Shown here: piece after piece, positions 27,386-34,512 of the stretch
Layout of the letters: every line of letters begins with the position of its first letter
How positions within the stretch are numbered: the stretch's first letter is position 1
DNA from: Anaerolineales bacterium
GTDB lineage: Bacteria; Chloroflexota; Anaerolineae; Anaerolineales; Villigracilaceae
NCBI GenBank assembly: GCA_034434535.1
Contig: DAOTZC010000012.1
Coordinates: 510,128 to 574,127 of the forward strand
Direction: 5' to 3'
Length of the DNA stretch: 64,000 nt
Notes under the pieces: model-generated
Told to the model about the DNA's origin: nothing
Databases searched by the model: none
What the model saw: the letters and a program-made list of their open reading frames with translations, nothing else
Translations under genes and position numbers: made by a program

Positions 27386-28261
27386 TCAGAGTTTTTCTGC
27401 ATCCTGCAAATGAGGTACATTCGATTTTTCAAATGGATGACCTTTGACGGACGATAGCTTGGTCTTTGCTGTATTGAGCAGCTCGTCAAAAGTCAAGGCT
27501 TCGTCAGGAAACGATGCTACGCTCCACTCCATAGAGGCCCCCATGATTTTTGTAAGAGCCTCGTTGATGCGTTCCGCCAGAAGCTTTGAATTTTCCCTGG
27601 TCGTTTCCGCGCATAAAATGACAAAATGTCCTTCAGGCGCGCGGAGTATCAAGTCTGTTTGGCGCAACTCATTGGTCATAATTTGCCCGATGCGCGCTGC
27701 CATAAAGTGGCGTAACAAATCTTGTTGCATCAGTTGGTAGGCTTGCTGATTTTCTTGCAAAGATGACTCTTCAGGTTTGAAAACTAGAACAGATAATGGG
27801 CGATGATGGCGGCGGCTGCGAGTCATCTCAATCTCAATCCGTTCGGTGGCTTGTCGCAGGTCAATCATGCGGTTGGTATAGGTTGAGGAAGCCAGGCTGT
27901 CCATGAGCGATTGCGCCAATCGAAGCTGAACGTTCAACTGATACGAAATCCAGACGGCAACCTCGACCAGAATAAATTCCACTCCCAGGATTTGAATATA
28001 AGCTAACCCATTGACCCTCACATAAAAGTAAGCCACCACAAGAAAGGTAACTGCCCAAAAACCCAGCAAAGCGTTTACCGACATCCAGCTCAGGCGCGGC
28101 ACGAACAGGTTGGTAAAAACAACCAGCACAATCAAAAAATAAAAATGGGATGGAAATTGAAAAATTGCTCCATAGTCGCTAAATACTTCACCTAAAGAGA
28201 ATACCAGTAACAGGTATGAAACCAATAATACAAAATTCTTTTTCAGCTCATCCATCTTCAT
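27386..28261 (-). CDS. membrane protein (about 5 TM) with degenerate GGDEF domain retaining RxxD I-site (YdaK/PelD-like c-di-GMP receptor candidate)
   Basis: N-terminal TMs. C-terminal domain: RRHHRPLSVLVFKPEES (in place of the DxDxFK strand), RQTD (27653-27664), then 5 residues, then PEGHF (27623-27637) in place of GG(D/E)EF, followed by VILCAETT. First gene of the Wzx/Wzy operon. Confidence 0.65.
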   Translation of the reverse strand: MKMDELKKNFVLLVSYLLLVFSLGEVFSDYGAIFQFPSHFYFLIVLVVFTNLFVPRLSWMSVNALLGFWAVTFLVVAYFYVRVNGLAYIQILGVEFILVEVAVWISYQLNVQLRLAQSLMDSLASSTYTNRMIDLRQATERIEIEMTRSRRHHRPLSVLVFKPEESSLQENQQAYQLMQQDLLRHFMAARIGQIMTNELRQTDLILRAPEGHFVILCAETTRENSKLLAERINEALTKIMGASMEWSVASFPDEALTFDELLNTAKTKLSSVKGHPFEKSNVPHLQDAEKL

Positions 28262-28356
28262 TCCCTTTATTTACGATGTTCCATGCCCATCAACCAACTT
28301 GCATCCCTTCTCCATTTGCAAACCCATAGTTATCTCCGTTTGCCAATGGAAACGAT

Positions 28357-28373
28357 GAATTGTTTAACAATTC
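28357..28373. promoter_or_regulatory. 17-bp perfect palindrome, candidate operator
   Basis: GAATTGTT-T-AACAATTC. The core TTGTTTAACAA fits the generic GntR-type pattern T-n-GT-nnn-AC-n-A. Lies about 95 bp upstream of the 28261 start in a 374-bp divergent intergenic region. Confidence 0.3.
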
Positions 28374-28567
28374 GCCCTTGTTTCAAAATCTAACTTTTAT
28401 TTCAAAATTACTGCTGCTACTTTGGTGGTTGCGTTCCCCATTTGTAACAAGCTATGCCACCCTGCTTATTGATATGTGCAATAAGCTACCATGATTTTTG
28501 AGATTATACACAAGGTTATTGGAAAATTCAAGTCAAATTTTCTGAATTGTCCAGGCATCTGATGCAA

Positions 28568-28596
28568 TTGACTTGTCTAGGCTTTTCTGCTAAACT
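28568..28596 (+). promoter_or_regulatory. sigma70-like promoter for the amidohydrolase/deaminase operon
   Basis: TTGACT (28568-28573), a 17-nt spacer, then TAAACT (28591-28596), about 40 nt before ATG 28636. Confidence 0.4.
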
Positions 28597-28635
28597 AGAA
28601 GTTGTCAGACAAATTTTGCGGCCCTGGAATGCCCC

Positions 28636-30021
28636 ATGTCCACCCTCTTGATTAAACACGCCTACCTTGCCACCTTTGACGACCACCAGACCGAGATTGC
28701 GGACGGTGGTCTTTTCATTCGCGATGGCTTCATCGAACTCGTAGGGCAAAATTCTATTTTGCCCACCACCGCCGATGAAGTTCTCGACCTCTCCGGCCAC
28801 GTTGTCCTCCCTGGGCTGGTTAACACCCATCATCACTTTTATCAGACCCTCACCCGCAACCTGCCTGCCGCGCAGGATGCCAACCTGTTCAACTGGCTCA
28901 AAACCCTTTACCCCATTTGGGCGCGGCTCCAGCCGGAGGATATTTTCACCTCCGCCCAAACCGCCCTGGCCGAACTGGCGCTCAGCGGCTGCACCACCGC
29001 TTCTGACCATCTCTACCTGTTCCCAAACGGTTCAAAGTTAGATGATGAAATCGAAGCCGGACTCTCGCTCGGAGTCCGACTTCACGCCTCGAGAGGCTCG
29101 ATGTCCCTGGGAGAATCGCAGGGCGGCCTCCCCCCTGACTCTGTGACCGACAACGAGGAACATATCCTGGCGGATAGCGAGCGCGTCATTCAGCGTTACC
29201 ATGACCCCAAACCGGGTTCAATGACCCAAATCGTCCTGGCGCCCTGTTCGCCATTTTCAGTGACAGGCAACCTGATGAAACAATCTGCTGCGCTGGCGCG
29301 TCAATACGGCGTTCACCTGCACACCCACCTGGCCGAAACCGAGGACGAGGAGCAGTTCTGCCTCCAGAAATTTGGCTACCGCCCGGTCGGGTATATGCAG
29401 TCTCTTAATTGGGTCGGCGGCGATGTCTGGTTCGCGCACTCGGTCTATGTCAACGCCGAAGAAATCAACGTTTTTGCGCGGCACCATTGCGGCGTGGCGC
29501 ACTGTCCCACCTCCAACATGCGCCTGGCCTCCGGCATCGCCCCCATTCGAGAGTATCTTGCCGCCGGGGTCAATGTCGGCCTGGGCGTAGATGGCTCCGC
29601 CAGCAATGACGGCTCGCACCTGCTGGCCGAAGTGCGCCAGGCCATGCTGCTCTCCCGTGTGCGCGAAGGTGTGACCGGCTTCTCGCTTTCCAATGACCCG
29701 ACGCGAAAACTCATGACTGCCCGCCAGGCCTTGTGGCTCGGCACGCGCGGCGGCGCGGCGGTGTTGGGACGCAGCGATATTGGCAGCCTCGAGGCGGGCA
29801 AATGCGCCGACTTTTTTGCCATTAACCTGAATACGCTCGACCTGGCGGGCGGCGCGGTTCACGACCCGCTGGCAGCGGTGGTCTTTTGCCAGCCGCGCCG
29901 GGTGGATTACACCGTGGTCGGTGGGAAATTTGTCGTCAGGGAGGGCCAACTCGTCACCGTGGATGAACGCGAACTGACCGCCCGCCATAACCGGGCCGCG
30001 AAACGGCTGATTTCCGGGTAG
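28636..30021 (+). CDS. amidohydrolase-superfamily deaminase (8-oxoguanine deaminase / chlorohydrolase-like)
   Basis: LPGLVNTHHHFYQTLTR metal-binding HxH segment, later HLAET and GVDGSASND, which are typical of this subgroup. Confidence 0.7.
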   Translation: MSTLLIKHAYLATFDDHQTEIADGGLFIRDGFIELVGQNSILPTTADEVLDLSGHVVLPGLVNTHHHFYQTLTRNLPAAQDANLFNWLKTLYPIWARLQPEDIFTSAQTALAELALSGCTTASDHLYLFPNGSKLDDEIEAGLSLGVRLHASRGSMSLGESQGGLPPDSVTDNEEHILADSERVIQRYHDPKPGSMTQIVLAPCSPFSVTGNLMKQSAALARQYGVHLHTHLAETEDEEQFCLQKFGYRPVGYMQSLNWVGGDVWFAHSVYVNAEEINVFARHHCGVAHCPTSNMRLASGIAPIREYLAAGVNVGLGVDGSASNDGSHLLAEVRQAMLLSRVREGVTGFSLSNDPTRKLMTARQALWLGTRGGAAVLGRSDIGSLEAGKCADFFAINLNTLDLAGGAVHDPLAAVVFCQPRRVDYTVVGGKFVVREGQLVTVDERELTARHNRAAKRLISG

Positions 30022-30056
30022 TTTCTCTCTATTCCATTCCGCGAAAGGAGTATGCC

Positions 30057-30401
30057 ATGTACGTCAAGGATTATCTCGAAGTTCCTGCCGAAGCGGCAGG
30101 CGCCGATGGCCTGACCGCCCGCTGGGTAATCAATGCGACACAGGGAGCAACGAATTTCGCCATGTGCATTTACGAACTCCAGCCCGGCAAAACCACGCCC
30201 TTTCACCAGCACGACCATGAACACGAATTGTTTGTTTTTGAAGGCTGCGGCCAGTTGACCACCCCGCATGGTGTGGTCGAAATTCGCCCTGGCGCGGCGA
30301 TTTTCATCCCCTCCGGCGAGCAACATCAGTTCAGCAACACCGGCAACTCGCTTTTGCGCATGGTCGGGGTGATGAATTTTGCCCCCGTCTTGCCAAAATA
30401 A
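30057..30401 (+). CDS. cupin domain protein
   Basis: Cupin motif 1 PFHQHDHEHELFVFEG and motif 2 GAAIFIPSGEQHQFSN. Confidence 0.75.
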   Translation: MYVKDYLEVPAEAAGADGLTARWVINATQGATNFAMCIYELQPGKTTPFHQHDHEHELFVFEGCGQLTTPHGVVEIRPGAAIFIPSGEQHQFSNTGNSLLRMVGVMNFAPVLPK

Positions 30402-30510
30402 GCATGATTGGCAAACAGCCAGACGCAGGCAAGAGCGGATGAACGCGGAGAAACCTGCCGCTTTTCGACCATCGCAAATCAAAAATCTGCAATCCTGAAT
30501 TCGGAGCCTC

Positions 30511-32295
30511 ATGCTTTCTCAAACCCTCGTCCACGTAGCCATGGGCCGCGCGCCCGCCGACCTGGTCATCAAAAACGGAAAGTGGGTTTGCGTCCAGACC
30601 GGGGAAATCATTCCGCATACCGATATTGCCATTGTGGATGGGCATATTGCCTATGTAGGCGAAAACGCCGCGCATACGATAGGTCCGCGCACGCGCATCA
30701 TCGAATCCGAAGGGCGCTACCTCGTCCCCGGTTTGCTCGATGGTCACATGCACGTTGAAAGCGGCATGGTGACAGTGACGGAGTTTGTCCGCGCCGTTGC
30801 GCCGCGCGGCACGACCGGCATGTTCATTGACCCGCACGAGATTGCGAATGTCTTCGGCTTGAAAGGCGTCAAACTGATGGTGGACGAAGCCGCCGTTCAG
30901 CCGATTCACGTTTGGGTGCAAATGCCCTCCTGCGTCCCCTCCGCGCCGGGTCTGGAGACGCCCGGCGCGTCCATCAGCCCCGCCGATGTGGCTGAAGCCA
31001 TGACCTGGCCGGGCATCATCGGTCTGGGCGAGATGATGAACTTCCCCGGCGTGGTGGAATCGGATGAGAAAATGCACGCCGAAATGCACTCTACCCGTCA
31101 CGCGGGCAAGACCATCGGCGGGCATTACCCAACCCCCGACCTGGGATTGGCCTTTCACGGTTACGCGGCGGGCGGCCCGGAAGACGACCACGAAGGCACT
31201 CGCGCCGAAGACGCCATCGCCCGCGCCCGGCAGGGCATGAAGCCCATGCTGCGCTATGGTTCGGCCTGGCATGATGTGGCCGAACAGGCGAAGGCCATCA
31301 CCGAACAGGGCCTCGACCCGCGCCGCTTCATCCTCTGCACCGATGACAGCCACGCCGCCACGCTGGCTCACGAAGGCCACATGGATAGAGTCATTCGCCA
31401 CGCCATCCGCGAAGGCTTGCCGCCGATGACGGCCATTCAGATGGCGACCCTCAACACCGCCGAGCATTTTGGCCTCAGCCGCGAAATCGGTCTGATTGCT
31501 CCCGGCCGCTGGGGCGATGTGGTGCTTGTCCGCGACCTGAATGACTTCCGCGCCGACCTGGTGATTGCCAAAGGCCGGGTGATTGCTCAGGATGGACAGT
31601 GGAAGCAGGAACTTCCTGCCTATCCATACCCGGATTGGGTCAGGCACAGTGTTAAACTCAAACGCGCGTTGACTGCCGATGATTTCAAAATAAGAATTAC
31701 CAATCACCAGTCGCCAGTTACTGCGAATGTCATTGGCGTCATCGAAAACCAGGCCCCCACTCGCCACCTGCGCCTGAAACTGACCCCTGAACATGGGGAA
31801 ATCCGCTCCTCGTTTTTCACTCGTCACGAAGCCCCCGATATTGCCAAAGCCGCCCTGGTCGAGCGCCATCATGCGACTGGCGGGGTGCAGGCGGCCCTGG
31901 TGAGCGGATTTGGCCTGAAAGCCCGGTGCGCCATCGCCACCACCGTTGCGCATGATAGCCACCACATGATTGTTCTCGGCACGGATGACGATTGCATGGC
32001 GCAGGCCGCCAACCGCCTGGCCAAAACCGGCGGCGGGCAGGTGGTGGTCAGAGACGGAGAAATCATCGGCGAGGTGAGCCTGCCGATTGCCGGGTTGATG
32101 TCAAACGAACGCGCCGAAGTGGTTGCTCAAAACGCCGAAACCGTGCTGGAGGGTTTCCGCGCCTGTGGCTGCACGCTCAACAACCCCAACATGCAGCTTT
32201 CTCTGCTTGCCCTGGTCGTCATCCCCGAACTGCGGATTTCCGATAAGGGTCTGGTGGATGTAACGAAGTTCGATTTTGTGCCGGTGATTGAGTAA
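30511..32295 (+). CDS. ade: adenine deaminase
   Basis: PGLLDGHMHVESGM and VAHDSHHMIVLGTDD match the characteristic adenine deaminase segments (B. subtilis AdeC/E. coli Ade type). The length of 594 aa also fits. Confidence 0.8.
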   Translation: MLSQTLVHVAMGRAPADLVIKNGKWVCVQTGEIIPHTDIAIVDGHIAYVGENAAHTIGPRTRIIESEGRYLVPGLLDGHMHVESGMVTVTEFVRAVAPRGTTGMFIDPHEIANVFGLKGVKLMVDEAAVQPIHVWVQMPSCVPSAPGLETPGASISPADVAEAMTWPGIIGLGEMMNFPGVVESDEKMHAEMHSTRHAGKTIGGHYPTPDLGLAFHGYAAGGPEDDHEGTRAEDAIARARQGMKPMLRYGSAWHDVAEQAKAITEQGLDPRRFILCTDDSHAATLAHEGHMDRVIRHAIREGLPPMTAIQMATLNTAEHFGLSREIGLIAPGRWGDVVLVRDLNDFRADLVIAKGRVIAQDGQWKQELPAYPYPDWVRHSVKLKRALTADDFKIRITNHQSPVTANVIGVIENQAPTRHLRLKLTPEHGEIRSSFFTRHEAPDIAKAALVERHHATGGVQAALVSGFGLKARCAIATTVAHDSHHMIVLGTDDDCMAQAANRLAKTGGGQVVVRDGEIIGEVSLPIAGLMSNERAEVVAQNAETVLEGFRACGCTLNNPNMQLSLLALVVIPELRISDKGLVDVTKFDFVPVIE

Positions 32296-32359
32296 TTCTT
32301 GATTCCATCATTTGCTCATTGATGAGATTGCTCGCTGATTACTGAAACCTGGAGTTCCC

Positions 32360-33097
32360 ATGCCCCATTTCCCTTTTCAACGCCTGCAAGCCGACCTTTC
32401 CGCGCTGATTGCCAAAATGCCCGCCGGGGCACGCCTGCCCTCCGAGCCAGACCTGGCCGCCGATTTGGGCGTCAGCCGCGCCACCCTGCGCGAAGCCATG
32501 CGCGCCTTTGAAACGCAGGGACTCATCCGCCGCCGCCAGGGGGCAGGAACTTTTGTGGTGGGCAAGCCGCCTGTCATCGAGAGCGGGCTGGAAGTGCTGG
32601 AATCCATGCTCACCCTGGCGCGCCGCTCCGGGTTGGATGTTGGCCCCGGCCCGGTGGCTGTCGAACAAATCCAGGCCGATAAGGACTGCGCGGCGGCGTT
32701 GGGCGTTGCCGAAGGAACCAGCCTGGTGCGCGTCTCGCGTACCATGCGCGCCGAATCGCGCCCGGTGGCCTATTTGATTGATACCCTGCCCGAAAACGTC
32801 TTACAGGCCGAGGAATTGACCAGCAAATTCAACGGCTCGGTGTTAGATTACCTGCTCCAGCGCGGCGACCCGCTCGTCACCAGCCGGGCCGAAATTACCG
32901 CCACCAACGCCAGCGCCGAAGTTGCCAAAATGCTCGAAATCCAGCGCGGCGATGTTTTGCTGAAACTGACGGCCAAACTCTACACTGCCAGCGGGCAGGT
33001 GGTTGATTTTTCGCACAGCTATTTTCTGCCCGGCTATTTCAAATTCCATGTTGTCCGCAAGGTGGGTGGGGGCAGTTCAGTAATCAGTAATCAGTAA
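32360..33097 (+). CDS. GntR-family transcriptional regulator, HutC/UTRA subfamily
   Basis: wHTH LPSEPDLAADLGVSRATLREAMRAFETQGLIRRRQGAGTFV plus a UTRA-like C-terminal half. The stop TAA lies inside the heptamer repeat. Confidence 0.85.
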   Translation: MPHFPFQRLQADLSALIAKMPAGARLPSEPDLAADLGVSRATLREAMRAFETQGLIRRRQGAGTFVVGKPPVIESGLEVLESMLTLARRSGLDVGPGPVAVEQIQADKDCAAALGVAEGTSLVRVSRTMRAESRPVAYLIDTLPENVLQAEELTSKFNGSVLDYLLQRGDPLVTSRAEITATNASAEVAKMLEIQRGDVLLKLTAKLYTASGQVVDFSHSYFLPGYFKFHVVRKVGGGSSVISNQ

Positions 33098-33110
33098 TCA
33101 GTAATCAGTG
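33077..33110. repeat. tandem heptanucleotide repeat (TCAGTAA)x4 plus partial copy
   Basis: Four exact copies at 33077-33104 followed by TCAGTG. This gives TAA in all three + frames and TGA in all three - frames. Confidence 0.95.
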
Positions 33111-33183
33111 TCTGGTGGCAATGCTTGAGTTACAAATTACCTCGCAAACCGCCAACTGGAAAACCGAAAAATAGGAGTCTCGT

Positions 33184-34416
33184 ATGCCAGAAAAAGTTGC
33201 AAAAATTAAGGCGCGCGTTGAACAGCACCGCGAAGAAATCATCCAGTTCATGCGCGACATCTGCGCCATCCCCAGCATCAACTCGCAAATTGGGCCGGTT
33301 GGAGAGCGCATTCAGGCCGAAATGCGCAAACTCGGCTATGACGAAGTCCGTTTTGACAAAATGGGCAATACCCTCGGGCGCATCGGCAATGGGCCGAAGG
33401 TCATCGTCTTTGACTCGCACATTGACACGGTGGACGTGGGCAACCCGGCGGAATGGGGTTGGGACCCCTTTGTTGGCAAGGTGGAAGATGGCATTTTTTA
33501 CGCGCGCGGCGCGTGCGATGAAAAAGGCTCAACGCCCGGCATGGTCTATGGACTGGCAATTGCCCGCGACCTCGGCCTGTTGGAAGGCTATACCGCCTAC
33601 TACTTCGGCAACATGGAAGAATGGTGTGATGGCATTGCCCCGAATGCGTTTGTGGAGGCCGACCCGCAGGTCAGGCCCGATTATGTCGTCATCGGCGAGC
33701 CGACCCGTATGCAGGTTTATCGTGGACACAAAGGCCGCATCGAGATGAAAATCACCGCCGAAGGCCGCTCGGCGCACGCTGCCTCGCACTATCTCGGCGA
33801 TAACGCCGTCTACAAGATGATTGCCGTCATTAACCAGATTCGCGAACTCGACCGCCGCTTCCGCTTTGGCATGGGCGGCCACCCCGAGCAGGGCAATCCC
33901 TCCATCGCCGTTACCAATGTCGAGGTGCGCACCGCCTCCCTCAACGCCGTGCCCGACCAGTTCACCATCTACATTGACCGCCGCATCACCCTCAACGAGC
34001 CGCGTGAGCATGTTCTGGCGCAAACGCGCGGCCTGATTGCCGATTACTTGCAGGATGAAATCAAGGTCGAGGAACTTTACTACAACGAACCATCCTACAC
34101 CGGCTTTGTTTTTCCCGTTTCCAAATATTACCCCGCCTGGCTGTTGGATGAATCCCATCACTTCGTCCGCGCCGGACAGCGCGCCATCGAAGCCCTGTGG
34201 GGCGAAGCGCGCAAAACCGGCACCTGGGACTTCTCGACCAACGGCACTTACTGGGCTGGCAAAGCGGGCATCCCCTCCATTGGCTTTGGCCCCGGCAACG
34301 AAAAAACCGCCCACACCAACCACGAATGCGTCCCGCTCGAAGATGTTGTCCAGGCCACTGCCTTCTACGCGCTTCTGCCTAAAATGCTGGCCGAAGAAGT
34401 GCATGTGAACGAGTAG
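33184..34416 (+). CDS. YgeY-like M20-family hydrolase (peptidase M20/ArgE/DapE fold)
   Basis: RBS AGGAG. FMRDICAIPS, DSHIDTV, GACDEKG, MEEWCDG, IGEPT, VYRGHKGRIEM, FSTNGT, GIPSIGFGPG. By eye it is collinear with my recollection of E. coli YgeY. Confidence 0.7.
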   Translation: MPEKVAKIKARVEQHREEIIQFMRDICAIPSINSQIGPVGERIQAEMRKLGYDEVRFDKMGNTLGRIGNGPKVIVFDSHIDTVDVGNPAEWGWDPFVGKVEDGIFYARGACDEKGSTPGMVYGLAIARDLGLLEGYTAYYFGNMEEWCDGIAPNAFVEADPQVRPDYVVIGEPTRMQVYRGHKGRIEMKITAEGRSAHAASHYLGDNAVYKMIAVINQIRELDRRFRFGMGGHPEQGNPSIAVTNVEVRTASLNAVPDQFTIYIDRRITLNEPREHVLAQTRGLIADYLQDEIKVEELYYNEPSYTGFVFPVSKYYPAWLLDESHHFVRAGQRAIEALWGEARKTGTWDFSTNGTYWAGKAGIPSIGFGPGNEKTAHTNHECVPLEDVVQATAFYALLPKMLAEEVHVNE

Positions 34417-34423
34417 GGCGGAA

Positions 34424-34457
34424 GGGAAACAGGTAAACAACGAGACAGGGAAACAGG
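34424..34457 (+). repeat. direct repeat GGGAAACAGG x2 (14-nt spacer) in a purine-rich post-stop element
   Basis: GGGAAACAGG at 34424-34433 and 34448-34457, starting 8 nt after the TAG of the M20 gene. A related element follows the ftsH stop (62528-62573). Confidence 0.8.
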
Positions 34458-34512
34458 GTCACTGAAAAACAAAACCGTCATCCACGCTTTTTCTCACAAA
34501 AGGAGGCTTGTC

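Noticed and set aside
28262-28635. Purine riboswitch or tRNA/sRNA gene in the 374-bp gap upstream of the deaminase operon.
   Set aside because: There is no match to the purine-riboswitch core (UAUA...GUUUCUACC...CCGUAAAU pattern), no cloverleaf-compatible sequence and no terminator-flanked unit. Only a palindrome and a promoter are reported.
30331-31965. 544-aa ORF antisense to the adenine deaminase gene.
   Set aside because: It lies exactly opposite a gene with strong family motifs. Its translation is Arg/Gly/Ala-rich low-complexity sequence with no motif, and no RBS is evident. It is a typical shadow ORF of a GC-rich coding region.
33077-33110. The heptamer array as a CRISPR-like or phase-variation element.
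   Set aside because: The units are contiguous with no spacers and only 7 nt long, so it is not a CRISPR array. Because every frame hits a stop within the array, slippage cannot switch the gene on or off, so classical phase variation is unlikely.
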